From Paramecium tetraurelia (taxonomy: Eukaryota), in contig CT868004.1 of the NCBI GenBank assembly GCA_000165425.1, positions 1 to 64,000 on the forward strand: DNA of 64,000 nucleotides. Direction: 5' to 3'. The notes beneath the pieces are model-generated. The model did no database searches. It saw nothing but the letters and a program-made list of their open reading frames with translations, and was not told the origin of the DNA. The translations under genes and the position numbers were made by a program. This document shows, piece by piece, positions 40,935 through 55,877 of this stretch; position 1 is the stretch's first letter; each line of letters starts with the position of its first letter.

Positions 40935-41345
40935 TATATAAATATTATAATGTATTTCAAAAACATATAAAATAGTCAATGTTTTTTTTTGTTTTTATTC
41001 TCTCGATTTGAAACCCTTCCATCAAACTACTGAATCCAGCATAGTAACAACACTTTAGAATTAGAATTCTAATTGTCTTCATGATAATTTAGATAATTCT
41101 TATTTTCTAAGTTATCTACTCTCAAATTGTTCCAATAATTTCATAATATGACTTAAACAACAAATATTTAATCATAAACTAGGATATCAATTAAGAAAAT
41201 AATCAGTGTTTTAGAAAATAACAGCAAAATTGATAAATTGATTAAAATAACTGAAATTTTAATCGGTTTATTTCTCATTATATATAAATCGAGTTTGTAA
41301 GTTATTTGAGTCATTATTAAAATAACTAATCAACTTGTCTTCACA

Positions 41346-41907
41346 ATGTACAGATACCTATCAAACGAAATTGGATTCAAAACAACAACAACCTTGATGA
41401 GCTCATTAAAGATTGTTGCCAGGGATTTAACAGACATTCCAGCAATTTCTGTTTCCAAACTGAATCAAGATGAAGTCAGTCATGCTATCGATATCCACCA
41501 ATTAACTTGGTCACAGAGTGTCGATACTTCCAAATTAATTAGAGAATATAAATTCAATAGCTTCAAAGAAACATTCGTCTTTATGGGTTCTGTTTCATAA
41601 ATAGCCGATTAGATTAAACGTATATTTAATTGTTAATGTTGTAGATTTTCCAAAATGGACTCAAAAAGGAAGTGTTTTAAGAGTAGAAATGACAACTCCA
41701 GATTGTTAAGGAGTAACAATAAAGGATTTATTCTTGGCTTATACAATGGATAAGATAGCTCATAACATTTCAAACTAACCTGTTGAGAATGTATGTGACA
41801 TTGTTAAAATCCAATCCACTCAATTACTAAACACATGGAATTCCAATTATAGTAGATAAGAGGAAGTGAAAACATAGGAGTTCCAAAAGAACATCCTATA
41901 ACTGTGA
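41346..41907 (+). CDS. Pterin-4-alpha-carbinolamine dehydratase (PCD/DCoH)-like protein with N- and C-terminal extensions
   Basis: LIREYKFNSFKETFVFMGSVSQIADQIKHFPKW...VEMTTPDCQGVTIKDLFLAYTMD matches the PCD fold pattern. One 25-nt intron 41620-41644; TGA 41905-41907. Confidence 0.8.
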
Positions 41908-42080
41908 TTCATTTATATATATATTTACAATTGCTTTAAGTTACAATTTAACCCACATTCCACCTTGTTAGAAGTGATTCTTAGGTAGATATAAAAAAAT
42001 TGAAAGCGTTATTTATTTTCCTTTTAATTATAAAGTTTTTGTTTACTCTAAAATTCTTATTAATTACCATAATTAATTAT

Positions 42081-43199
42081 ATGCTATCATCCATTTTAAC
42101 TTCTGGAAAATAGACTAAGAATTAAATCAATGACCTATTTTCAAAGCAAATAGAGATCGTAGAAAAGTAAGTAGAATCGAAATCCAAAAATAAGGTTGAT
42201 TAAGAAGAGGACAATGAATAAGGAGTCCAATAAACTCAAGAAGATAAAGAATAAATGGATGCGGATAGAATAAAGAGAACTTTATTTGTAGGCAATGTGA
42301 GTATCAATGCTAAAAAAAACGATATGAGAAAACTATTCACCTAATATGGCGAGGTATATATATAAATGTATAATAATTAGATTGAAAAAGTTTGGTTTAG
42401 ATCAATACCTGTGGATAGAAAAACAAAGAAGGAAAATGTCAAACTACCAGTGAGAGCTGCAGTCCTGATGGGCAAGATATAAGAAGGAGCCTAATCTTAG
42501 AATTGCTATATACTATTTAAGGATGTGAAATCTGCAAAATCAGCAACATAATAAGATGGTCAATTATTTATGAATCTACATCTGAGATGCACCTTAGAAG
42601 GACAAAAGAAAGTAATTAACTAAACAATCAATAGAAAGATCACATTAAAACAGCCTTTGTTGGTAATCTCCCATTTGATATTGAAGAAGAAGAAGTCAGA
42701 AAAGCATTCGAGGAAGCCTTTGGAGAAATCAATTATGTTAGAGTTATCAAGGATCCCTAAAGACATGTCGGAAAAGGATTTGGATATGTTTGTTTTAATG
42801 AGTTTCAATCACTAAAGAAAGCTCTTTAAGCATAATCTATAGAAATCAAAGGAAGAGAAGTTAGAATCAAGAAAGCAGCTGAGACAACTAAAAGAGAGGC
42901 TAAGGAATTAAATAATGCCAAAAATGCATTTTAGAGGATCCAAAAAAAATAATAGATCTCATAAAAAGGAAGGAAACCAAGAAGTAACACACAAAACAAA
43001 GAGTAAACCTAAAATAAATAAGAAAAATAATAGTTCAGAGTATAAATACACAAGAAGATTAAGAAGTTGAAAAAGAAGAGAGTATATTATTTATTTATTG
43101 ATTTAGTACAATCCTATGGAAATCAAAGAGTAAATTAGCAATATTAAAACATAGAGGAAAACACAAGTTAAAGATACTAACATTTTCAACTAGTATTGA
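42081..43199 (+). CDS. NOP12: RBM34/Nop12-like nucleolar two-RRM protein
   Basis: RRM1 RTLFVGNV...IEKVWFRSIP, with the family-typical insert before NCYILF. RRM2 TAFVGNLPFDIEEEEVR...YVRVIKDPQRHVGKGFGYVCF. Lys-rich tail, three tiny introns, TGA 43197-43199. Confidence 0.8.
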
Positions 43200-43372
43200 G
43201 TTTTAATTGTATAAAATAAATTATATTAAATTTATTATTTACATGTCGTAAGTTTATTTAATATCACAAACTCTATTTTTGGATCATACTTATAATTATA
43301 GAATTAAAGGTTTAATTTAAGAATATAAATTCATCGCATAATTTTACAAAATTAATTTTTTTAAACAACAAA

Positions 43373-43675
43373 ATGGGATGCTCTATTCAAAAACACCAAT
43401 CAATCCAACTACAAACCAAAAAGTTAAAAGAAAAGTCTTTATTTAACCAAACATTTGACGACGATCTATCCAAATAATAAATTACCAAATCGCCTCCAGC
43501 TTTTTCTAAGCCTCAATCTCCTTTTACTAATTCCAAATAGTTATCTTAAAAGCAGTAAATAAAGATTCAAGAGATCATTTTTAACAAAAAAATAACCTCT
43601 AAACAAACTGCTCTGCTGAATTCTGATGAACAATACTAATATTAGCAAACTTTAATTGGACTAATTAGAAAATGA
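43373..43675 (+). CDS. 100-aa hypothetical protein with N-terminal MGC (myristoylation/palmitoylation) motif
   Basis: Intronless ORF MGCSIQKHQSIQ...LIGLIRK-TGA, flanked by AT-rich spacers. Confidence 0.65.
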
Positions 43676-43882
43676 CAAATCGATTGCAGCATTGAGTTAT
43701 ATTGTATATAAATCATTACTTTAACTTATATTTTTAAATTCTATGTTATTATTATCAGTTTCATTTAATATCAAAGTGAATACATTAACTTCTTTTTAAA
43801 TGAAATTTAGAAGGTTACAAATTTTCAATTTAAAAATGCCATGTAGAATGATAAATTTCATAATTAAATTATCATTTCAACT

Positions 43883-44155
43883 ATGGGAAATTCAGTTGTT
43901 AAGCCTTCAAGAAGTCTTTTGGGAACAATACATATAAATTCAATCGAAAATTAGATTGTGATACTCAATTCTGAAAACATCGATTCAGATAAATTGACCA
44001 TGTCTCCAACTGAATACTTTACAAATCAATCGCAACGTTTTTCTTCAAACAACACAGGTGTATATACTCGAAGAAATTAAAAAAGAAGACATGGTATAAT
44101 TGTGGCCAAAACCTCTTAAATAGATGATGAAATGGAAATTCAAGATGAATATTGA
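43883..44155 (+). CDS. 90-aa hypothetical protein with N-terminal MGN (myristoylation-type) start
   Basis: Intronless ORF MGNSVVKPSRSLLG...KRRHGIIV...EIQDEY-TGA. Confidence 0.6.
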
Positions 44156-44797
44156 AAAAATTGTGTGACTTGTATTATATTGTATAATATATTTATAATT
44201 CCTTATATCTTTAAGATGCTTCTCTCTTCAGTTTTTAATAATTTAAAAATATATATGAACAATATATCCTTAGACCAGATATTATTTTTGTAACTGCTCT
44301 CCGATAATATAAATATTATGCTTAAAATCATTTAAATAATATCTGTTTAATTCAAACTTTGAAACCTCTTTTCAATTATTTTTTCCTCCTAAATTAATAT
44401 ACTTAATAAGAGATATTCAGAAGAGGAGACATTTAACTTATCTCAAATTACCATAATCTATTTGGTTGAATATTTTGATTCAAATTCTATTAATCAAATA
44501 TAAAAGAATACTGCAAACATTTCCTATCAAATTTGGATTTACTATATTGAATCGCAACATTGCCTAAAAAAAACACCTATTATAAACTTATTTAATTTTA
44601 TTTGATAATATATTAGTGATTCATTGATTAATTTATGCTGAAATATACATAAAAGGAAAAAGAAGGCTTTAACTATAAATATTGATATATCTCGATAATA
44701 ATTTAAATTTCATATATATCAAAAATGAAAGAAGTCATAAATGCACAGAATAGGTGTCTATCATATTTGAATTTAAATTAGACATTATTATTTTATT

Positions 44798-47116
<2,319 letters not shown>

Positions 47117-47446
47117 ATATTTATGTCTATCTTATCTTATATTAAACAAAATTAAATAGTTAAATATTCTTAATAGATTAAATTTAATAAATGTAAATAA
47201 TTAAATATATTTTGATTTGTTTCTTAGTCATAGTATTTAAGGATTACAATAAAAGTATGATAAGTTCATTAATATTCTAAAGAAGAAGAAGAGAAATTTT
47301 ATATTGAACTGCTTATTATAATAGTTTCAATTTGAGAGGGTATTAAATACAAATATATTGTTATTTTTAATTTAATTTAAAAATGAGAAGATATTAATGA
47401 GAAATATTGTAAAATGATGCTGTATTATGCTTTATTTTATTGATAT

Positions 47447-48232
47447 TCATTGATGAACTGCTTTTAACAACTTATTTAAGAATGTATTATTTTCAGGTCT
47501 GTCTCTGAATAATGACTGAATCTTGGGTTTTGGTTATAAATCTTAGGCCAATTATTTCTCTAATGGTGTTTGGACTCCTCTGATTGCTGGGGAGGTCCAA
47601 TGGTTAGATTACCTTGCTAGCATCCAAAGAACAGTGTTGTAATCATTAATGAAATAGTAAGTAGGCATTTGAGTATAATTTTATGGTCCAAGTACAGTTT
47701 GAGTCACATGTAATCTATATCTCTATTCTTTTGTCCATGTCCATTTTGATTCTTTGACAACGATGGCTAAAATGATATCATTTCATTGGGATTACTTTCA
47801 GAGAGTCTCAATAAAAGATTTGGAACCAAGACTTTGAAATTGTTGACTCCAAGCTCCTCCCAAGTTGCTGCCCAGACATCGCCATTATTGTATTCACCAG
47901 CAGTAAAAGTTGCATTTTGCTGTAATAGATAACAAGTCTTACGAATTACTATTTGACGTGAGATTCCACCAATTAAGCAATTTGTGGGACATACTATTGG
48001 GAATCGATCATAATAGGGTAATCATTCACATATGGATAATCTCCCAATCTGAAGAGATCATCGTATTCTAGAAAAGTGAGTTGAAAATAATACAATTTTG
48101 GAGTCCCTTATTCATGTAGATGTGTTTTGCTGGATCCAATCCTTCAAAAGGAGCACCAAAGACATTGTATTGATAGACTGATCTGAAGCACATTGAGTTG
48201 ACCTTACCCAAACTAACCAACTTTGTGAGCAT
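47447..48232 (-). CDS. Hypothetical, probably mitochondrial protein (~235 aa)
   Basis: Presequence-like N-terminus MLTKLVSLGKVNSMCFRSVY. Three tiny introns (26, 23 and 29 nt) give a clean frame to TGA 47447-47449. Many C-ending codons, suggestive of high expression. Confidence 0.75.
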
Positions 48233-48466
48233 TTTTGTTATTTTTAATTATTATATTTACAAATCAATGATTTTTAATATAAATATATATCAAATATATA
48301 ATGAAGTTATATTAATTCCAAACAAAATGTCTTATTCAAATTATTAACTCTCTTATACTGAAAAACTAAATTCATTTAAACAACATCCCCGATGTGAAAT
48401 AAGTTCTTATGTAAATGTGAGTATCAATAGAGTTATTTATAATATTTATTCCATTATTAAATAAAG

Positions 48467-51400
48467 ATGCAAATTACTCAAACTTAATTATTGGAATGGG
48501 TAAAGGATGGAAACAAGGTGACTTTGAAGAAACATTTCGAGGATGAGTTGAAGTTTTCTCAGAATAAGTTGCACGACTTTTTTGCAATGGTTGATGATTA
48601 AAGAAGAAATGTTGTGCATTGGGCTGCCTATTTAGGATAGTATAAATTGTTAAAGTGGTGGTGCAAGAAATACAAATTGATGATTGACTTGAACAAAGGG
48701 GATATGCATTCTTACACTCCCTTAGAATTAGCAAGCATCAAAGGGTATGTTTCTATTTCATTTATTCTAAAGGTATTCTGGAGAGTATAATCCAGAATAA
48801 CAGGAAAATACGATCAGATTATTGCTGGATCATGGGGCCCAAATACCATAGTCTAACACCTCCAAACCAAATCCTTTGCATTGGGCTTTTTATTACGGAA
48901 ACAAAGAACTTGTAGATTTTCTAATCTCAAAAAAATTTCAACTCCAATTAGAAACGGATTAATAAGGGAACTATCCCATAGATTACTTATTTTTGGAGAA
49001 CAGACCCGATTAATACAAGTATAATTATATTTATTAACTAAAAGAAAAGATGTTAGTGACATATTTGAAAATGTCATAATTAATTATGCTTAGGTAACAA
49101 CCAAGTAAACCTTGAACCGAAAACTGAAGAAGAAAAAGGTTAGACAACCTAATCGGAAAAAGAATAGATAATTTAAGGAGGAAAAACCACATTAAGGTAC
49201 AATCGTCATGAGTTAACTTCCATTCATTTAAACATAGGGAAAAGATGATGAATCCTCCCCTGAATCTGAACCTTCTAAGAATGGGATACCATATTCCAAT
49301 ATATCGAATTATCATAGAAGCCAAACCTCAAACTCTTTCATTTCGAAAAATACTCTCCCCAAAAGTAGTCAAAAATCAACTCAGAATTAATAAATTCTAA
49401 ATAAGTTTCAACAAAGAAATTGCGGCTAGAAGATATAATCAAAAAACCTAGATGAGATAGCTGATGTTCCTCTCTATGATGACTCTCGAATTGAAATGAA
49501 GGAACCCGAAGAAGAGAAAATACCAGAAATAAAAATATTCAATCAAAATCCAAGAAACCCCAATTCTTAAAAACTCATTCCAGAAAAAAACCAAGAAAGT
49601 CAATTCAAAGCAGACCAATGCAACATAATCATAAGCTAACCTCCTACCATACTATTTAATTAAGAGACCTCGCCTTAAAAAAATTTTGATCACAAAAAAC
49701 GACATAAAAGCAATAAATTTAAGTCTTAAAATGAAGAAGACATGGAAAAAATTCATCTGAAAGACTAGGACAAGTACTTCATTTATCATAGCAATGCCAA
49801 TCTAACTAAAAATGAGACTTATGAATGTCGGTTACAGTATTGGTCTGCCAGACAGGGTAACACAGAGTTTCTTATTTATTTCCTAAAAAGGAGATGCAAT
49901 CCTTTTCTCAATGTCTATTAGGGTTTCAACTGTCTTCACATAGCTGCTTTCAAGGGGAAACTTAAAATATTAAAAATCATACTCCAAGCAGAATATGAAT
50001 ATTATGATTATTCTGGAGAGAGCAATCACAAAAATAAAAAGTAACTAAAGGATCAAATCTTCAATAAGGTATATAAATTATAATTACTTCTTAGAAAGAA
50101 TGCATCAATATCCTGACAGATTAAAACCCATCTAATGCTCTACATTTGGCAATTGAATAGGAGAAGTATAAATGCATGAAAACATTGATCTTGCATGGAG
50201 TATCTGTCGACACTGTGAATAGCAGATGTCTCAAACCTTTCGAATTGACTTTCAACCAAGATATCATGGAATATTACAAGGAAAACATTCAGACCAAATA
50301 GCAAATGAGTAGTTTGACTGAGTTGGGATACCAGTACGTGATTTAAACAAAGGGCACCTTAAGTGTTGAATAGGATATTGTATATCTGCAATTACAAAAT
50401 ATTCGACAAACCTTTAGAGATAGAGGGTGGAGTTTTGAGTTTATGATATTTCATGCTCCTGATCTGGATAAACTTGAAATGTACAATGACAGCGCTTAAG
50501 CCAAAAAGGTTAAGTCTCTTTATCATTATTATGTGTTGAAATTGCCTCCTGATTCAATCTATAAATTAGCAGATTTATATTAGATATCATGTTACAATTT
50601 CTAAACAAAAGTAAATTACATCTATAATTTAAGTATATCTGTCAATTTGATTATGATAATAGGGGGTTTTTTGAATTCCCAAAAGATCTACAAGTGCAAA
50701 TGCTCATTCTAAATACACTCAATGATGAATTCGATGTAGATAAATTTGTCTTAGAGAAATTGATAATTGCTCATTATCCTTTGGAGGATATTTAAAAGTG
50801 CGAGAAGATCACTTAGTTCTGGGATGAATAGTAAAATAATTGCATCCAAGATTCGATTCGATATGAAACACAATAAATTGCATTGAGACCATTGCATGCT
50901 ATTGCCTCTTATTTTGGCCCAGTTGTTGCATGGTACATAGCCTTAAATGTACAAATTATAGGGTGGCTGATGATTCCCTCAGTGTTTGGAGCAGCTTTGG
51001 GGATTTACATCATCATAACCAAGGAAGTGAAGTATGAATATTAAGGGAATATGTTAGTTCTTCAATAGTTCCTTTTTATGCATTACTAATGACACTCTGG
51101 TCTACATTATTCATGGAGAAGTGGAAGAACAGAGAATCTGAATTGAAGTTTTGTTGGGACATGCACAAATTTAGACAAACTCAACCCTAGAGAGTGATGT
51201 ACACAGGGTAGTACATCATAAATGAGGCAACGAATAAGATTTAGATATACGACTACTTTACAACTTTTAAGAGAAGATTGATTGCAGAGGGACCTGTAAT
51301 TTTGATAGGAATAGCAATAATTGTGGTAAGTTTTTACGCGTTTAATCTTTGGTTACGATTATGGAAGGGTACTACTATAATGCCGATAGTGATTAATTCT

Positions 51401-52318
51401 TTAAATGGAGTGTCAATGACAGTGTTTTGTGATTTGTACAAAAGACTGTGCACATCTTTGGTAACATGGGAGAATCACATGTACGAGTCTGAACAGGAAT
51501 ACTCGTACATTTTGAAGGTGTTCCTATTTGAATTTCTAATATCATATGTGTCTGTGGTGTACGTGGCAATATTTGAGAGTGATGCTTCTCAATTGAGTGT
51601 GTCAGTCGCTAGTATTATCATAACGAGGGGAGTGATCTCAAATGTGACGAGTAACTTTTTGCCTTACTTCTTTTTTAAACAAGAGAAGAAGATGTTTTCG
51701 GATAAGTTCTTCGAATTCAAGAGAATATTCTAATTGAAATCAGCAGAAAAGAAACAGGTTCATAATATTTGCAATTCCAAGTTCAGCACTGATAGACTGA
51801 ATTCAGAAGTACAACTGCGCTTTCTGTAGGAGTTAGAAGTAGGTCGGATTAAGCAACCTTAGAAGGTTCTTTATGATGAGTACACAAGTATTGCAATTCA
51901 GTTTGGATACACAACTATGTTTGCACCCACTTTCCCAGCTGCGCCCTTATTTTTTATGATCAATTGTTACATCAATTTGAGATGGTCAATTTATAATTAT
52001 CAACACATTCTGAAGAGGGAACGGGCGTAGGCTGCAGATTCAATTGGGATTTGGCTGTAGATTTTTGAAATAATGAATTATTGCGCCACATTTATGAATT
52101 GCATTGTTATTGGGACTGTTAATAAGGAATAATTTAAGGGGATTATCGGGAATTAGAATGCCCTTGTTAGTGCTTTCTTCCTTGCTGCTATTGAACATGT
52201 CTTGTTGCTTATTAAATACATTCTTGATGTTTCAATTCCTGATTGTCCTTATTGGGTGGAGAAGGAACTTAGAAGGTATGCATACTTAGAAGAAAAATAC
52301 TCGAAAAATAACAATTGA
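48467..52318 (+). CDS. Ankyrin-repeat anoctamin/TMEM16 family protein
   Basis: Ankyrin-like repeats (NVVHWAAYLGQ, TPLELASIKG, NPLHWAFYYGN, NCLHIAAFKGK, NALHLAIEQEK) followed by an anoctamin domain (PLHAIASYFGPVVAWY, EKWKNRESELKFCW, LVTWENHMY, QFGYTTMFAPTFPAAP, ADSIGIW, IPDCPYWV). TGA 52316-52318. Confidence 0.88.
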
Positions 52319-52377
52319 TGTTTAATTTATTTGTTTTATATTTAATATCAATATAATAATAATATTCTAAATTACTC

Positions 52378-53883
52378 ATGGAGGAACAAGAGAAGTGTTA
52401 TGAGGAACTTTGTATTTCAATTGTTGAATCATAGACGATAACCAAAAGCATTATTAAGTAAATTCTGCATGGAAGTCAGACCATCATTGTCAACAAACAC
52501 ATAAACTCTATCTTGCCTTTACTAGGATACAATTGGTTCAGAGAATAGGTTATCGTACTGATGGATGAGTATAATTTGAGAAATGACGATTTTGAAGAAA
52601 ACGTAATCGAGGACTCTGAACCTATAGCTGTCAACACAGAACATTGGAGAAGATGTCAAGGTCAAGTCAAATAAGTTACATCGAGGGAAAACTCCAAATC
52701 TCCTACGATTAAGAGAAGTGATACAAAAAGAATGTCTAAATTGGTAACCATGAAAACCTCCAGACAAAGTGAGTGCTTCAATTCCCAGCTCATCAAAATG
52801 GGCGAATTGGAAGAAGATCAAGAATTTGATCCCAATATTGAAAGCATTAGATAGGCTAAACTAAGATAAATCTCAATTCAATAATAAAAAGAATAGAATG
52901 ACAAAATTAAAATCCTCGAAGTCCAAGAGTAAGTCAAACAATTGAAGCGATTGAATGTGGATTCCAAATCCAAATACACCTTCGATTACGAAGGCAAGGT
53001 TGTTGTCCAGAAACCCCCAGATATTGATAGATATCCAAAATCATTCTAAAATATCAGTGAAAAACGAAGTTTAGTCGAAGTCAGAGATCTCATCCCAAAT
53101 CACAAGATGCAATCGGAACTCATACAATTAACTAGTAAGAACAACCAGAATATTGGCTAAAATAACCAATTTGCCATCAAAACATCAGTCCCACAAATTG
53201 ATTTAATTATCATGAAGGAAGGTGTTACCTTCTATGATGGCAAACAAGAGAAGAAAAAAGATAGAGTGCTTCCCTTGATGGATATCAAAGACCCGCTCTA
53301 ATTACAGTAAACATTGTAAAAATAAAATGTACAAATGACTAAATTAGAATACTAATAAATTACTAGCACTTCATCTAATAATAATACATTCTAAAATAAA
53401 ACTATGAGTCTTTCAAGTTATTAATAGTAACAACAACACTAACTTACAAATAGATCTTAGCAATAAAATGACAATTTATTAAATATGAATGACAGTCTCT
53501 TAAGTTAGAGAGTCCCCAAAAATCTAACTACGATGAATCATTCTATCTCCTCCTCGATCTTGCAAAGGTTGAATGGTTCCATATCCATTTTAAGTGAATA
53601 ATAAATTGAGGAATTGCTTGTTCCCTAAACTGAAGGGAATAAGGATCAAAAGGAACACCCTTTGTTTCTGAAAAGAAAGAAGACAGAATTAGATGTGAAA
53701 CCCTCGAAATCTGTGCCAACTCTTACATTTGATTTGCCGTAGATCCCTCCAAACATACTATCTAATACATTAAGTAAATTGCCTAAATCATTTCAAAGTC
53801 AAGGCACCTTTCCTAAATTAATTCCCAAGTTTCCCAGACAGAGGATTTCTAAATAAGCTATTCAATTAAAAATCGAAACATGA
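52378..53883 (+). CDS. Hypothetical protein (~501 aa, apparently intronless)
   Basis: ORF from MEEQEKCYEEL to KIET-TGA, 1,506 nt. Contains EDSEPIAVNTEHWRR and KYTFDYEGKVVV segments. Confidence 0.75.
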
Positions 53884-53908
53884 TCTATTTCTATATCATA
53901 TTATTAAT

Positions 53909-55380
53909 ATGATTATATAATAAAATGAAGAACAGGAGATGTTTCAACAATAAGAGTCCAATGACACTGAGTAAAAATTAAAGAGTTCCTATGTATCGAA
54001 CGAATATCTTGAAGCTGGAGGTGGTAGTCCACAAAACTCAGTCGATTTGAAATAATTCAAGGCTCCTTAAATCAATCAATTACCCAAAGTCATGGTTAAT
54101 GCAAGCAGCTAACAATCAATTCCTATGAGTTCTCAATTCAGATATCAAGAGGATTAGCAATCCTAAAAAATTAAGACTGGACCCAGTGATCAATCCAAAA
54201 TAACACCTGGCTACACCAAATACATGATTGAAGACTCTAATTAACAATATGATTATGTGAGGGGCATGTTCACTGAGGATGAAATCAAAGAGGCATTCAA
54301 TTTCTTAGACATGAATAAAGATGGAGGTATTACATCTGAGGATCTCTCATTCTTCTTGGATTTCATTGGAGAAAAGGCAACTATTGAGGAAATCGAAGAA
54401 ATGATAAGAATGTGTGACAAAGATGGAAGTGGAGAAGTAAAATTTGAAGATTTTAAAAATCTAGCTGGAGGATGGTCTTTGCCAATCTTAGGTTAAGCTC
54501 ATCCACCAACAAAAGAATTAGTGGAAAAGCGTTCTTAAATCAATCAAACCATGATGGAAAAGGAGGTCCAAGAAGTTGCCAGAAAAGGTAAAATAACACC
54601 TCAGATGGTTGAACATATTAGAAAAAATGAATTAACCAGTCCAAGATTTGGCCAAGATGAATAATCCAAACTTATGTTCTAGTCAATTAACAACATAGCA
54701 TCCTAAAAGAAATAGCGACAAGTTATAGGGTAGAATCTCAAGGTAATTCGATCTGATGAAGGTTAAATAACGTAATAAACCAAATAAAAATCATCTCTAA
54801 GTCAAAGGGAAATCATGCTGTAAAGAAAAAACAACGCAATAAGATTTGTGAAGGAGAAGAAAATCGATCAAGCTTATATATTAGATGTCTTTGAAAAAAT
54901 TAATAAACTTGATATTATGGAATCTTGTACTTACGAGGATTTCATACATTATCTCGACATTCTAGATAGTAATAATAAAACAATATTAAAGATCACCAAT
55001 CAAAATTGCTGTTTAATTCAATGAATGAAAATCCAGTAAGAGAAGAATATGTGAAAAGTTCGGATAATGTCATTGTTGATTAAACTGTCACTTTAAAAAA
55101 CACTCTTCTTACTTTGCTAGGTTAAACTAACTGTAGAAAACACGACAAACTTGAAATAGCTTATTTACTCTAAGATTCTAATCAGCAAGGGTATATATTC
55201 TTAGATGATCTGATTTCTTTACTAATCAATTTGTATTGCATCTCAGAGGTGGCAATAATTGAATAAAAAATATTGAAAATGACTGCCAAAAAAGGTTTGA
55301 AGAATAGAAAGGATACAATAAAAAAAGATATCTATATTAGTATGGTAAATGAATATGGATAAGTGTTTGAGCCAATCTGA
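53909..55380 (+). CDS. EF-hand calcium-binding protein
   Basis: Calmodulin-like EF pair (DMNKDGGITSED, DKDGSGEVKFED) and a further C-terminal EF-like loop (DSNQQGYIFLDD). One ~23-nt intron near 54970; TGA 55378-55380. The start could instead be the second in-frame ATG near 53939. Confidence 0.85.
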
Positions 55381-55877
55381 AAGATCTATTAGGAAGTCAT
55401 AACATATAGTGATTATTATAGTATTAATTAAATATAAGAGATATTCATTTGTTAAGAATCAATAGTTTATTATTTCAAGGTGTAAATTGGCTATTTATTT
55501 TATTATTATAATCATAGTATTTTTATAATATGAATGGGTGTATTCTTATTCTTAATGGTTTCGGGGTCAATATTTCTATCAATTTTTAAAAGGGTTAAAT
55601 TATTTTAAAAAATGTAATAAAATGGAAAACTTAATTTGATGAGAATGCTATTATTAATAGTTATGAAATAAGGAGGAATTTGAAAACCATTTTTCAAAAT
55701 TTAGAAAGATTTTATAATGAATCTATCAAATATTAGATTACTATTAGTTATTTTAATTAAAATATTTTAATAAAGATTTAAAAATAAATACTCATTATTC
55801 TATTTGAACAAAAATTATTATATCGATTTTATGAATAAATTTTGGAGCGAAAACATAGAAAATATATAAATAAAAGA

